From assembly GCA_016204255.1 (NCBI GenBank), contig JACQLA010000005.1:4339-68338 (forward strand): a stretch of DNA of 64,000 bases. The letters run 5' to 3'. This stretch comes from Candidatus Microgenomates bacterium. Its GTDB lineage: Bacteria; Patescibacteriota; Microgenomatia; JACQLA01. Each line of letters opens with the position of its first letter. Within the stretch, counting starts at the first letter, position 1. Below are positions 41,984 to 52,836 of the stretch, in pieces. The position numbers and the translations under genes were made by a program. Under the pieces are notes generated by a model. It saw nothing but the letters and a program-made list of their open reading frames with translations. It made no database searches and had not been told where the DNA came from.

Positions 41984-44900
41984 CTACTCCTCAATCACTG
42001 CTCGATCAGGAGAGGTGGGAATTAAACGGCCGATAATAACATTTTCTTTTAGACCCAACAGATGATCTTCTTTGCCTAAAATAGCGGCTTCGGTTAAAAC
42101 ATTAATTGTCTCTTGGAAAGAAGCGGCTGAAAGCCAAGAATAAGTACACAAAGAGGCTCGACTAATTCCCAAAATTACCAGTTTGGCCGCCGCCGGCTCT
42201 CCGCCTTCGGCTAAAATTTTAGCATTTTCTCCCTCAAAAAAGACCTTGTCAACAAGTTCACCCGGTAAGAAAAGAGTATCACCCGGGCTGTCAATTTTAA
42301 CTTTATCGCTCATACGGCGGACAATAACTTCAAAATGTTTGTCATTAATAGGAATTCCCTGAGTTTCATAAACGTTTTGAAGTTCGGCAATTAAATATTC
42401 TTGAGCCCGGCGAAGACCAGAAACGTGTAGAATTTCATTAATATCTAAAAATCCGCGTGCCAGCTGTGTTCCTGGCGAAACTAAATCGCCGTCTTTTACC
42501 ACCAATTCAGAGGTTAAAGGTACTAAATATTCTCGCTCCTCCGGTGGCTTAATGCCGACGCTTTTAACCCTGACTTTGTAACCCTCCGCCGTGTTTATAA
42601 CTTCCACTTTGCCGGCAATTTCCGCCAAAGGTGATAGGGTCTTGGGTGATCTTGCTTCAAATAACTCCTCTACTCTTGGTAGTCCTTGAGTAACGTCTAA
42701 ACCCACAACGCCGCCGGTATGGCGAACTCGAAGAGTAAGTTGAGTTCCTGGTTCACCAATCGACTGGGCGGCAATTACTCCTACCGGTGTACCGATTTCT
42801 ACTGATTTTCTTGTTCCTAAGTCGCGACCGTAACAAAGAACGCAAATACCGTATTTGGCTTGGCAGGTTAAAGGCGAACGGGCATTAATTTTGTCAATTT
42901 TTGCCTTTTCCAGAAGGCTGACCATTTCTTCGGTAATTTCCTCGCCTTTTTTAACTAAAACTTTTTTAGTCTTTGGATCAACAACTCTTTGTAAAGATAT
43001 TCTTCCTAAAATTCTTTCCCCGAAAGTTGTCCTTCTTGTTTCCTGACGAACTATTTCCAAACCTTCACTTGTTTGACAATCTTGCAGGCGTACAATCACA
43101 TCATGAGAAACATCAACTAGCCGCCGGGTTAGATATCCGGCATCGGCTGTTTTTAAAGCGGAGTCGGTTAAACCCTTCCTTGAACCCCGGGCCGAAGTTA
43201 CATATTCAAAAATTGACAAACCCTCTTTAAAGGAAGATTTTGTGGGTAAGGGCACGATATTCCCCAATGGGTCAACCACCAACCCTCTCATGGCTGACAA
43301 TTGTTTTAACTGATCCCGGCTGGCCCTGGTTCCTCCAGATTCAATAATCAAACGGGTGCTGTTTTCAGCCTCATATGAGTCCCAAGTTAAATCGGTTACT
43401 TTTTCCGTGGTATTAATCCAGATCTCATTTACCAATCGCCTTTTTTCTTCCGAAGTAATCAGCCCTTCATGAAAGGTTTTTTCCACACCTGAAATCTCAT
43501 CTTCGGCTTCCTGGATGAGTTTTTCTTTTTCCGGAACAGTCTTACAATCAGCAATACCCACCGAAACTCCCGATAGGGTGGCGGTGATAAATCCTAGCTC
43601 CTTAATCTTATCGATAATTAATACGACCTCTTCAAAGGAATAACTTGCCAAAGCTCTGGTAACCAGATTTTTAATTGTCGCGGCCTTGACATTTTCATTG
43701 ATAAATCTTAAATTCTCAGGCAAAACCTCATTAAAAAGAACTCTTCCGATCGTAGTTGTTATCTGTTTCCCGTCGATATTGACCGTAATTAATTGCCTTA
43801 GCCCAATTTTCTTACTTTGATAAGCAAAAAGCGCTTCTTCTGTTGAGGTAAAAATAGTTTCTGCCTCGGCTTCGTCGGGATTAATAGTTGTAAGATAATA
43901 ACAACCGACTGCCATCTCTTTATTAGGAATAGTTATAGGGGAACCATCACCGGGCTTAATAAGGTTGGTTTTGGCAAACATCTTGCTTACCGCTTCCTCT
44001 TGAGCCCGTGAAGACAAAGGCACATGAACGGCCATTTGATCGCCGTCAAAATCAGCGTTATACCCAGAACATACACAAGGATGGATAGCAATTGCGTTTC
44101 CTTCAATTAGGACTGGATAAAAAGCTTGTATGCCTAATCTATGAAGAGTTGGAGCGCGGTTAAGTAAAACCGGGTGATTTTTAGTGATTTCCTCCAAAAT
44201 ATCAAAAACTTCCGGTGGTCTTTTTTCCAAAAATCGCTTGGCCGCTTTAACGTTTGGCGAAAGGCCACGAACAATAATTTCTCGCAAAACAAAGGGCTTA
44301 AACATCTCCAGGGCCATCTCCTTGGGCAAACCGCATTGGTTAAGGGTTAAATCCGGATTAACGACAATAACTGACCGACCAGAATAGTCCACTCTTTTTC
44401 CTAATAAATTCTGGCGAAATCTGCCCTGTTTTCCCCGCAACATATCGGATAAAGACCTGAGTGGAGCAATAGTTGTCCGACGAGCCGGTCTTTGAGTGGC
44501 ATCAATTAGGGAATCCACCGCTTCCTGTAACATCCTTTTTTCATTCCTTAAAATAATTTCTGGTGCTCCTAAATCAATCAGATACTTGAGCCGATTATTG
44601 CGGTTAATAACGCGTCTATAAAGATCATTAAGATCGGAGGTCGCAAATCGGCCGCCGGTTAGTTGAACCATCGGTCTTAAATCAGGAGGTAAAACCGGTA
44701 GAATCGTAAGAATCATCCAAACCGGAGAGATACCTGCTCTTTTTAAACCCTCAACCACTCTTAATCGCTTAGCAGCTTTAATATAGCGTTGACCACCGCT
44801 TTTATGAATTTCTGTCCGAAGTTCCTGAGCTAACTTGGCCAAATCGACTTCTTTTACTGCCTCCAAAATGGCCTCCGCTCCCATACCGGCTTTAAAGAAT

Positions 44901-45691
44901 CCATCGATCCCGTAATCTTGCATTTTCAAGTACTCATCTTCGCTCAAAAGGGTGAAGCGTTTAAGACCATCCACTCTTTCCCGAAGATTACGGAAAATTT
45001 CCTCAACACTTTTTTCGTCCTGGCTGATTTTACTTTCAAGATTTTTAATTTTTTGTTTAAACTTCAGCTCAATTTCGGTTTTGGCTAATTCCAATTGCTC
45101 TTTATTCTTAACTTTTGCTTTAAGATTTTTAAGCTCTTCGTCCTTCTCCTGATCAAGTTGTTTTTGTAACTCTTTAACTTCCGATTTAAGTTCCCGCAGT
45201 TTTTGTTCCATTTTTTCCGGTAAACCGTCGATGATTTTCTTTTTTTCATCTTTATCTATTTCGGTTACCAGATATTGAGCAAAATAAACAATTGACTCAA
45301 GATTGCGAGGAGTGATATCTAAAAGTAAAGAAATTTTTGAAGGAACACCCTTGAAAAACCATGTGTGAACAACGGGGGCTGCCAGAGTGATATGCCCCAT
45401 TCTTTCACGTCTGACTTTAGATTGTGTTACTTCAACACCGCATTTGTCGCAAATAATTCCCCGGTAACGAATTCGCTTATATTTGCCGCAGTAACACTCC
45501 CAGTCTTTTGTCGGACCAAAAATAGCTTCGGAAAATAATCCGTCTTTTTCCGGTTTAAGAGTTCGGTAGTTGATGGTTTCGGGTTTAGTAACTTCGCCAT
45601 AGGACCAGTTTTTAATGTCCTCTGAGGAAGCTAAAGTAATTTTTAAACCCTTGAAATCAGCGATATTTCCAAAGGCGTTTTTATGATCCAT
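41984..45691 (-). CDS. rpoC: RNA polymerase beta' subunit
   Basis: NADFDGD, KPETINYRT, AAQSIGEPGTQL. Confidence 0.99.
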   Translation of the reverse strand: MDHKNAFGNIADFKGLKITLASSEDIKNWSYGEVTKPETINYRTLKPEKDGLFSEAIFGPTKDWECYCGKYKRIRYRGIICDKCGVEVTQSKVRRERMGHITLAAPVVHTWFFKGVPSKISLLLDITPRNLESIVYFAQYLVTEIDKDEKKKIIDGLPEKMEQKLRELKSEVKELQKQLDQEKDEELKNLKAKVKNKEQLELAKTEIELKFKQKIKNLESKISQDEKSVEEIFRNLRERVDGLKRFTLLSEDEYLKMQDYGIDGFFKAGMGAEAILEAVKEVDLAKLAQELRTEIHKSGGQRYIKAAKRLRVVEGLKRAGISPVWMILTILPVLPPDLRPMVQLTGGRFATSDLNDLYRRVINRNNRLKYLIDLGAPEIILRNEKRMLQEAVDSLIDATQRPARRTTIAPLRSLSDMLRGKQGRFRQNLLGKRVDYSGRSVIVVNPDLTLNQCGLPKEMALEMFKPFVLREIIVRGLSPNVKAAKRFLEKRPPEVFDILEEITKNHPVLLNRAPTLHRLGIQAFYPVLIEGNAIAIHPCVCSGYNADFDGDQMAVHVPLSSRAQEEAVSKMFAKTNLIKPGDGSPITIPNKEMAVGCYYLTTINPDEAEAETIFTSTEEALFAYQSKKIGLRQLITVNIDGKQITTTIGRVLFNEVLPENLRFINENVKAATIKNLVTRALASYSFEEVVLIIDKIKELGFITATLSGVSVGIADCKTVPEKEKLIQEAEDEISGVEKTFHEGLITSEEKRRLVNEIWINTTEKVTDLTWDSYEAENSTRLIIESGGTRASRDQLKQLSAMRGLVVDPLGNIVPLPTKSSFKEGLSIFEYVTSARGSRKGLTDSALKTADAGYLTRRLVDVSHDVIVRLQDCQTSEGLEIVRQETRRTTFGERILGRISLQRVVDPKTKKVLVKKGEEITEEMVSLLEKAKIDKINARSPLTCQAKYGICVLCYGRDLGTRKSVEIGTPVGVIAAQSIGEPGTQLTLRVRHTGGVVGLDVTQGLPRVEELFEARSPKTLSPLAEIAGKVEVINTAEGYKVRVKSVGIKPPEEREYLVPLTSELVVKDGDLVSPGTQLARGFLDINEILHVSGLRRAQEYLIAELQNVYETQGIPINDKHFEVIVRRMSDKVKIDSPGDTLFLPGELVDKVFFEGENAKILAEGGEPAAAKLVILGISRASLCTYSWLSAASFQETINVLTEAAILGKEDHLLGLKENVIIGRLIPTSPDRAVIEE

Positions 45692-45694
45692 TTT

Positions 45695-48600
45695 TTATTC
45701 CTCCTTGCTTTCTTGATCGGGAGTCGCGCCATTTTCTGCTTCCTGTTTTTCTTCTACCGATGCTGACGCAACATTTGAATCATTTTCTGCAATAACCTCT
45801 TCGCCCGAAGCCAAAGCCAATTCCTCTGCAATCTTTTGAGTCTCTTCTTCGGTTTTAATCTCTTTTTCGCTAAGAATTTTTGTGGCGGCAGCGATAACTT
45901 CGGTGGGAGTAACCGAAAGCCCCAAACTTTGAAGTTCTTTTACTAAAACTTTAAATGATTCCGGGATCATCGACTCGGGGATATCAACGCCCTTAACAAT
46001 GGCCTCAAAGGCTTTAGTACGGCCGACCACATCATCAGATTTAATGGTTAGCATTTCCTGCAAAACATAAGCTGCCCGATGTGCTTCCAGGGCCCAAACT
46101 TCCATTTCCCCCAATCTTTGTCCACCCATTTGGGCCTTACCGCCTAACGGTTGCTGGGTTACTAAGGAGTATGGACCGGTCGAACGGGCATGAGTTTTAT
46201 CCTCGACCATATGAATAAGCTTCATAACATATTCTTCGCCAACCACAACCGGCTGTTCAAAATATTCACCGGTTTTTCCATTAATTAACCGCGCTTTCCC
46301 AGAAACCGGCAGGCCGGCACTCTTCATAATTTGAATTAAAGTAGTCTCTGACATTTCTTCAAAAGCTGGAGCCACTATTTTTGAATCCAGTTTCTCCGCC
46401 GCCCAACCAAGGTGAGTTTCCAGAAGCTGCCCTAAATTCATACGAGCCAAAACTGAAAGTGAAGAAATAATAATATCAACCGGTGTACCATCCTCTAGAT
46501 AAGGCATATCAGCCTGGGGAACGATTTTTGAAATTACTCCTTTATTACCGTGGCGTCCGGCCAGCTTATCACCTACAACTACCTTGCGAATCTGGGCCAC
46601 TCGAACAATAATCTTCTGATTGGTACCGGGCTCCAGCTCATCTCCCTTTTCCCGATCTAAAATAGATATACCGACAACAATCCCGTGTTCACCATGAGGC
46701 ATTCGTAAAGATGTATCTCTTACCTCTCTGGCTTTTTCGCCAAAAATCGCCCGCAGAAGTCGCTCTTCAGCACTCAACTCCGTCTCGCCTTTAGGCGCGA
46801 TTTTGCCGACCAAAATATCGTCCGGCCCAACCTCCGAACCAACCACGACAATTCCCTTTTCATCGAGATTTTTCAAATCCTCTTCCCCAACGTTAGGAAT
46901 GTCACGAGTGGTTTCTTCCGGTCCAAGTTTAGTCTCAACCACGCTGGTTTCATACTCTTCAATATGAATTGAGGTTAAAAGATCTTCGTGAACAAGCCGG
47001 TCAGAAACCACAATAGCATCTTCGTGGCCCAGTCCTTCAAAAGACATATAGGCGATTTTCAAATTTTGACCCAGGGCCAAACGTCCATTTTCACATGTTG
47101 GGCCATCGATTAAAATTTGACCTGCCTTAACTTCATCTCCCACTGAAACCAATGAACGTTGATTGTAACAGGTATTTTGAGTGGTGCGTTTAAATTTTTC
47201 GATCAGGTAAGTATCCTTCTCGCCATCGCGCGTCTCAACGATTAAAGTACTTCCATCAATATAGGTTATTTTACCGTTTCTTTCGGCCTTAATCACCCGC
47301 TGCATGGATTCCGCAACAATCTTTTCCATTCCAGTACCGACAACGGGCGCTTTAGGAGCGAGTAAAGGTACTGCCTGACATTGCATATGGCTTCCCATCA
47401 AGGCCCGAGTCGCCTCATCATGAGCAATAAAGGGAATTAAAGATGCCGAAGTCCCCAAAACTTGGCGCGGGGTTAAATCAATAAAATTGATTAAATCTAT
47501 GGGTACTTCCAAAAAGTCTCCTTGATAACGGGCGGGAACCCTTTCCTCTTCAAGATTACCGTTTTTATCAATTCCAATACCAGCATGGGTGATGTAATAA
47601 TTTTCCTCGTCATCAGCCGTCAGATAGACAATTTCATCTGTTATTTTCATCTTAAGTTTTCCGCCCGACTTTACCGGAACTACCTTCCGATAAGGAGTCT
47701 CTAAAAATCCGTACTCATTAACTCGCGTGTACAAAGTCATGTAGGTTACTAATCCGATGTTTGGCCCTTCAGGCGAACGAACCGGGCAAATACGACCATA
47801 TTGAGATGAGTGAACATCGCGAATGGAGAAGGAAGCTCTCTCGCGAGAAATACCGCCCGCACCCATAACGGATAAACGTCTTAAATTGTCGATTTCAGAA
47901 AGGGGATTAGTCTGATCCAAAATGGTTGAAAGCTGCGAAGTACGGAAAAAGTCGTTAATAGCAGCAATCACCGGTCGGGCGTTAACAATTTGAGCCGGGG
48001 CCAAAAGTTCGGTCGGACTTACCAAGCTCATTTTTTCCTTAATTGCTCTCTCCAATCTCAAAATTCCCGGGCGAAAAGCTTGGAGCCCAACCAACTCACC
48101 CACACAGCGCACTCGCCGATTACCCAAATGATCAATATCATCAATTCGGCCTTCTCCATTTTGCAAAGCAATTAAATATCTAATGATAGCAATCACATCC
48201 CCCTTACTCAAAATCCAATTCTCGGGGGTGTTAGGACGATCGGTAACATCAAGTCTTTTGTTAAGTTTGTAACGTCCGGCTTTTCCTAAAGAATACCGTC
48301 GCGGATTTAAAAATAGATTAGTGAAAAAGTCCTGGGCATTACTTAGGACAATCGGCTCACCCACGCGCATTTTTTTATAAATTTCAAGCATCGCTTCGGG
48401 GGTTGATTTAGTGGTATCTTTTTCGATTGTGGTTAAAAGATATTGATGATCCTTATTATTATCGACGTCGGAAAAAAGATTAAGAATCTCCTCGTCTAAA
48501 CTAATACCAAAGGCCCGCAATAAAATAGTTAACGGAAATTTTCGGCGGCGATCAATACGGGCAATCAATAAATTATTACGAGAAACGGTAAATTCCAGCC

Positions 48601-49099
48601 AACAACCGCGTAAAGGCCGAATTTCGGCGGTATGAAGCATTCTTCCGGTAGTCGCGTCCGGAATACCCGTAAAATAAGCGCCGGGAGAACGAACCAACTG
48701 GTTTACCACACAACGCTCAATGCCGTTGACGATAAAGGTTCCATTATCAGTCATTTTGGGTAAATCGCCCAAAAAAACCGATTGCTTGGTTTTCTCACCG
48801 GTTTGTTTATTTGTTAAAACAACATCAACCTTCAGGGGAATATCATAAGTAAGACCTTTTGCCATCGCCTGTTGAGGGGTGAGACGGGGTTTTCCCAATG
48901 AATGTTTTTCAAAACTCAGGTTCCAGTTTTTTCCGGTAAAGTCTTCTATAGGGGAAATTTCCTCTAAAACCTCAGGGATCCCTGTCTCTAAAAAATCCTT
49001 ATATGATTCTCTCTGGATCAGAGTTAAATCCGGCGTGGGCAAAAGACTATCCTCTTTACCCAAAACGAGGTAATTGTTAGAATTATTATTCTTTGGCAT
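45695..49099 (-). CDS. rpoB: RNA polymerase beta subunit
   Basis: GDKLAGRHGNKG, GGQRLGEMEVWALEA, DDIDHLGNRR. Confidence 0.99.
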   Translation of the reverse strand: MPKNNNSNNYLVLGKEDSLLPTPDLTLIQRESYKDFLETGIPEVLEEISPIEDFTGKNWNLSFEKHSLGKPRLTPQQAMAKGLTYDIPLKVDVVLTNKQTGEKTKQSVFLGDLPKMTDNGTFIVNGIERCVVNQLVRSPGAYFTGIPDATTGRMLHTAEIRPLRGCWLEFTVSRNNLLIARIDRRRKFPLTILLRAFGISLDEEILNLFSDVDNNKDHQYLLTTIEKDTTKSTPEAMLEIYKKMRVGEPIVLSNAQDFFTNLFLNPRRYSLGKAGRYKLNKRLDVTDRPNTPENWILSKGDVIAIIRYLIALQNGEGRIDDIDHLGNRRVRCVGELVGLQAFRPGILRLERAIKEKMSLVSPTELLAPAQIVNARPVIAAINDFFRTSQLSTILDQTNPLSEIDNLRRLSVMGAGGISRERASFSIRDVHSSQYGRICPVRSPEGPNIGLVTYMTLYTRVNEYGFLETPYRKVVPVKSGGKLKMKITDEIVYLTADDEENYYITHAGIGIDKNGNLEEERVPARYQGDFLEVPIDLINFIDLTPRQVLGTSASLIPFIAHDEATRALMGSHMQCQAVPLLAPKAPVVGTGMEKIVAESMQRVIKAERNGKITYIDGSTLIVETRDGEKDTYLIEKFKRTTQNTCYNQRSLVSVGDEVKAGQILIDGPTCENGRLALGQNLKIAYMSFEGLGHEDAIVVSDRLVHEDLLTSIHIEEYETSVVETKLGPEETTRDIPNVGEEDLKNLDEKGIVVVGSEVGPDDILVGKIAPKGETELSAEERLLRAIFGEKAREVRDTSLRMPHGEHGIVVGISILDREKGDELEPGTNQKIIVRVAQIRKVVVGDKLAGRHGNKGVISKIVPQADMPYLEDGTPVDIIISSLSVLARMNLGQLLETHLGWAAEKLDSKIVAPAFEEMSETTLIQIMKSAGLPVSGKARLINGKTGEYFEQPVVVGEEYVMKLIHMVEDKTHARSTGPYSLVTQQPLGGKAQMGGQRLGEMEVWALEAHRAAYVLQEMLTIKSDDVVGRTKAFEAIVKGVDIPESMIPESFKVLVKELQSLGLSVTPTEVIAAATKILSEKEIKTEEETQKIAEELALASGEEVIAENDSNVASASVEEKQEAENGATPDQESKEE

Positions 49100-49218
49100 C
49101 GGGAATATTTATTGAGTAAATTTAAAATTGAGTAACCTAAAAAAGGAGACTCGCGCAAAAACGACAAAAGAAAGCGTACCCCACGTACGCCATCGCATAT
49201 TAAATTGAAACTATTGTT

Positions 49219-49247
49219 CTTATAGCACAAGAAAATTATTTTGTCAA
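49219..49247 (-). promoter_or_regulatory. rpoB promoter
   Basis: TTGACA-17 bp-(TGC)TATAAG. Confidence 0.7.
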
Positions 49248-49287
49248 TGGCCAAGTCCACCAAAAACTGATAAGCTGTTATTCGAAT

Positions 49288-50391
49288 ATGTTTAGATCAT
49301 GGGTAATGAAATTTTTAATCGTCTCTGCACTGGTAGGTATTCTCATTTTTATCGGCTTTTTATATTTATTCAAAAATTTGAGTTTTGATCCCGAGCCTCC
49401 CAAAATCTCCTTTAAACCTTTTAAATCTTCCGTGGGAGAGGTTTTTAATCCCGAATCTCCCTCGCTTAAAAAGATTTTCTCCCAGGATCACCAGTGGATT
49501 GCTACTTTATCTGCTGGAAAAATACGCACCCTAAAAGCCACCGGAGACGTGATTTTGGCTCGTTCCGTCAATTATAAAACGGTCCAAAATCGCAATTTCG
49601 GTTGGCCGTTTGAAAAAACAGACGAATTTTTAAAAAATGCGGATATAGCCTTCATTAATTTAGAGTCTCCTCTTGTTAAAAATTGTCCCGTGACCAATAC
49701 AGGGATGATTTTTTGCGGCGATGAACGCAACATAGAGGGACTACTTGCAGCCGGCGTAGACGTGGCAAGCTTGGCTAATAATCACGCCGGTAATTACGGC
49801 TTTGATGGAATTAAAAACACAATTAACCTGCTAAATTCTTCGGAGATTTTAACCACCGGAGTTAATGGTCCGATTTTTAAAAAAATTCGTGGTTTGCGTT
49901 TTGCCTTTTTAGGCTACAACGACATTGGGCATGAAGAAAAGGGAATTTCGTGGGCGGCAAATAACAAAGTGGCCGAAGGAATTAAGACGACTCGCTCCCA
50001 AGCGGATATTATAATCATCGCTTTTCATTGGGGAACCGAATATACTGGCCAACCGAACACCCGACAAAAAGAACTTGCTCATCTGGCCATCAATTCGGGC
50101 GCGGATTTGGTAATCGGCAATCACCCTCACTGGATCCAGCCAGTTGAGATTTACAAAGGAAAATTAATTACTTACGCCCATGGGAATTTTGTTTTTGACC
50201 AGGAATGGAGCCAGAAAACTAAAGAAGGGGTGGTTGGAATCTATACTTTTTATGATAAGCAGTTAATTGATGTTGAATTCTTGCCCGTGGAAATAGCTGA
50301 TTACGGACAACCTTATTTTTTGGAGAACGAAAAAAAGAATTTAATCTTGAAAGAAATGAAAAACGAAAGTCTTAAGCTATCCGAACAGTAA
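49288..50391 (+). CDS. CapA/PGA_cap family metallophosphoesterase, membrane-anchored (start may be 49306)
   Basis: GDVIL, NLESP, LANNH, HWGTEY, GNHPH, HGNFVFDQ. Confidence 0.92.
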   Translation: MFRSWVMKFLIVSALVGILIFIGFLYLFKNLSFDPEPPKISFKPFKSSVGEVFNPESPSLKKIFSQDHQWIATLSAGKIRTLKATGDVILARSVNYKTVQNRNFGWPFEKTDEFLKNADIAFINLESPLVKNCPVTNTGMIFCGDERNIEGLLAAGVDVASLANNHAGNYGFDGIKNTINLLNSSEILTTGVNGPIFKKIRGLRFAFLGYNDIGHEEKGISWAANNKVAEGIKTTRSQADIIIIAFHWGTEYTGQPNTRQKELAHLAINSGADLVIGNHPHWIQPVEIYKGKLITYAHGNFVFDQEWSQKTKEGVVGIYTFYDKQLIDVEFLPVEIADYGQPYFLENEKKNLILKEMKNESLKLSEQ

Positions 50392-50581
50392 ATAGCTTCA
50401 GGCTTCTTCGCCAGAAGCGTCCAGGGGAAAATTTTCTCTTTTTCTTGCGGTGGAATTCCCATAATTAAAGTTATTAATAACATAAGATGGCCGCTGCGTC
50501 AAGATGCTAATCATAGCAATTTAGCCTCGAATTTGGTAAAATATGGCAACCTGGAGGAGATTTTTTGATCTCAGTTAAAAG

Positions 50582-51661
50582 ATGAGGAAGAAAATTGCAG
50601 TCGGTATTTCCGGTGGCGTAGATTCGGCAGTCTCCGCCGCTTTACTTAAAAGAAGCGGCGATTTTGACGTGGTCGGCGTTTACCTGCATTGCTTTCCCGA
50701 ATCCTTCCAAAAAACTCTTAGCTGTACTGATAAAGAAGACTTCAAGACGGCCCAAGAAGTTGCCAAATCCCTAGATATCCCCTTTACTTTTTTCGATTTT
50801 GAAAAAGAGTATCAGGAAAAAGTGATTGATTATTTTTTTCATGAGTATCAGGCGGGAAGAACTCCTAACCCCGACGCAGTTTGCAATAGGGAAATAAAGT
50901 TTGGTCTTTTTTTAGAAAAAGCTCGAAAGGATTTAGAAGCAGATTTTATTGCTACTGGTCACTATGCACAAGTTAAGAGCAATCATTCCTATCATCTTCT
51001 TTCCGGCAAGGATGAAACAAAAGATCAATCTTACTTTCTTTACAACCTTAGCCAAGAACAATTAGGCCGAGCTGTCTTTCCAATCGGAAATTATCTTAAA
51101 AAAGAGGTGCGCCAAATGGCCAAAGGTTTTGGCCTGCCAAATTGGGCCAGAAAAGACAGTCAGGGTATTTGTTTTTTAGGCAAAGTCAGTGTCAAAAAAT
51201 TTTTGGAGCAGAGAATCGAACCGAAAAAAGGCGAAGTTGTTGATAAAAACGGCCAAGCTATCGGTGAGCACGAAGGGATTTGGTTTCATACTATTGGTCA
51301 AAGACATGGCTTTAAAATCACCAAGAATATTAAGGAAAGGGTTGAAAACCATATTATTCTCCCCCTTTATGTCATTGATAAAGATATTGAGAATAACCGC
51401 CTGATAGTCGGCTGGGGTAAGGAATGCGAAAAAGATCGTTTTGAAGTTGAAAAAATTAACTGGATAAACAAACCATCAGAGCAAGCTATTTCCTGTCTGG
51501 TCCGTATTAGGCACCTAGGTCAACTTTATCCTTGCGAGATAAAAATTAATAATGGTAAGACGGAAGTGATTTTAGATGAATCTGCCTGGGGTATTGCCCC
51601 CGGCCAGGTAGCGGTATTTTACAAAGAAACAGAAGTTTTGGGCGGCGGAATTATTGTTTAA
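50582..51661 (+). CDS. mnmA: tRNA-specific 2-thiouridylase
   Basis: SGGVDS, TPNPDAVCN, ATGHY, KDQSYFL, DSQGICF, PGQ. Confidence 0.97.
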   Translation: MRKKIAVGISGGVDSAVSAALLKRSGDFDVVGVYLHCFPESFQKTLSCTDKEDFKTAQEVAKSLDIPFTFFDFEKEYQEKVIDYFFHEYQAGRTPNPDAVCNREIKFGLFLEKARKDLEADFIATGHYAQVKSNHSYHLLSGKDETKDQSYFLYNLSQEQLGRAVFPIGNYLKKEVRQMAKGFGLPNWARKDSQGICFLGKVSVKKFLEQRIEPKKGEVVDKNGQAIGEHEGIWFHTIGQRHGFKITKNIKERVENHIILPLYVIDKDIENNRLIVGWGKECEKDRFEVEKINWINKPSEQAISCLVRIRHLGQLYPCEIKINNGKTEVILDESAWGIAPGQVAVFYKETEVLGGGIIV

Positions 51662-52623
51662 TTTCTCAGATACTTTCTGACATTTTCATTATGCTCATCG
51701 AGGGTTTTAGCGTAGTGAGTTTGACCGTTAAGATCGGAAATGTAGTAAAGATAATCTGATTTGGCAGGATAAGCCACAGCTTGAATTGCAGCCAGGCCAG
51801 GATTGGAAATTGGCGCCGGCGGTAAACCAGCATTAAGATATGTATTATAAGGCGAGCTCACTTTCAGGTCATCCAGCGTTAAAGATTTTTTCCACCAGGT
51901 TTTTTCTTCTGACTGATAACCTAGCGCGTATTGGACTGTTGCATCAGTTTGAAGTGGCATTCCTTGTTTTAACCGGTTAAGTAAAATTCCTGCAACAATA
52001 GGCCGATCCGTATCGTCCCACACCTCTCTTTCTACAATCGAAGCTAAAACTATTGCTTGTTCTTCTGTCAACCCCTCTTGTCGCACGGCATCCTTCAGGT
52101 TCTGATCAAATTTTTTATTAAAATTATCAAGCATTATTTTTGTCACGGCTCCAGAAGATGCTTCTTTGGGAACAGCATAGGTATCGGGAAACATGTAGCC
52201 ACTTTTTGCTTCTTTTAAAAAGTTTGCAGAAGGTATATCAAGCTCTTTTTCCACTAAAGAGGCTATTTCTTCATTTCTCCACCCTTCAATCGTGGTTATC
52301 CAAATATCTAAAGTTCCGTGAGATAATTTCTCTAAAATTGTGGGCAAGCTCATTGAGGGTGAAAGGCGAAAAGTTCCGGCTTGAATATTTTTCTCAGCTC
52401 CTTCCTTTTTAACAAAAAGAAAAAAGGCCACTTTAGAACGAATCAGATCTTCATCTTCAAGATTGCGAGCAACTTCATTAACATTTTCCCCTTTTTTAAC
52501 AACAAAGATCTTCGCCTTTTTATCACTTGAGTTGGCGGGCTGAAGAACCTGTTGCCACCAATAAAAAACCGCCGCCAGGAGAATTATTAGTAAGAGGGGA
52601 GTTAATAAGATTCTTCTTTTCAC
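51658..52623 (-). CDS. mltG: Endolytic transglycosylase MltG (YceG)
   Basis: GYMFPDTY, ASIVERE, LQTDAT, SPYNTY, GLPPAPISNPG. Confidence 0.96.
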   Translation of the reverse strand: MKRRILLTPLLLIILLAAVFYWWQQVLQPANSSDKKAKIFVVKKGENVNEVARNLEDEDLIRSKVAFFLFVKKEGAEKNIQAGTFRLSPSMSLPTILEKLSHGTLDIWITTIEGWRNEEIASLVEKELDIPSANFLKEAKSGYMFPDTYAVPKEASSGAVTKIMLDNFNKKFDQNLKDAVRQEGLTEEQAIVLASIVEREVWDDTDRPIVAGILLNRLKQGMPLQTDATVQYALGYQSEEKTWWKKSLTLDDLKVSSPYNTYLNAGLPPAPISNPGLAAIQAVAYPAKSDYLYYISDLNGQTHYAKTLDEHNENVRKYLRN

Positions 52624-52823
52624 GCTTCAACCTCGGCGATCAAAGCCCGACGGTATTTTTTTGTACTTAGATCGAGTACATAAATTCTTCCGCACTTACA
52701 AGTAATTTGGTCGTCGGCAGATGACTTTTTAGTTCCACCTCTTAAAGGAGCTCCACAACCCACACAGCGACCATTTGCCAAAAGCCATACTTGTATTGGA
52801 CTGACAACTTTTTTAAATTTCAT
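52620..52823 (-). CDS. Small Zn-ribbon protein (67 aa)
   Basis: CVGC...CKC; SD AGGAGG; overlaps the mltG start. Confidence 0.75.
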   Translation of the reverse strand: MKFKKVVSPIQVWLLANGRCVGCGAPLRGGTKKSSADDQITCKCGRIYVLDLSTKKYRRALIAEVEA

Positions 52824-52836
52824 TCTCCTCCTTTAA

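Noticed and set aside
50374..50463. 29-codon minus-strand ORF MGIPPQEKRK...
   Set aside because: Very short, overlaps the capA-like stop, and has no motif or SD support.
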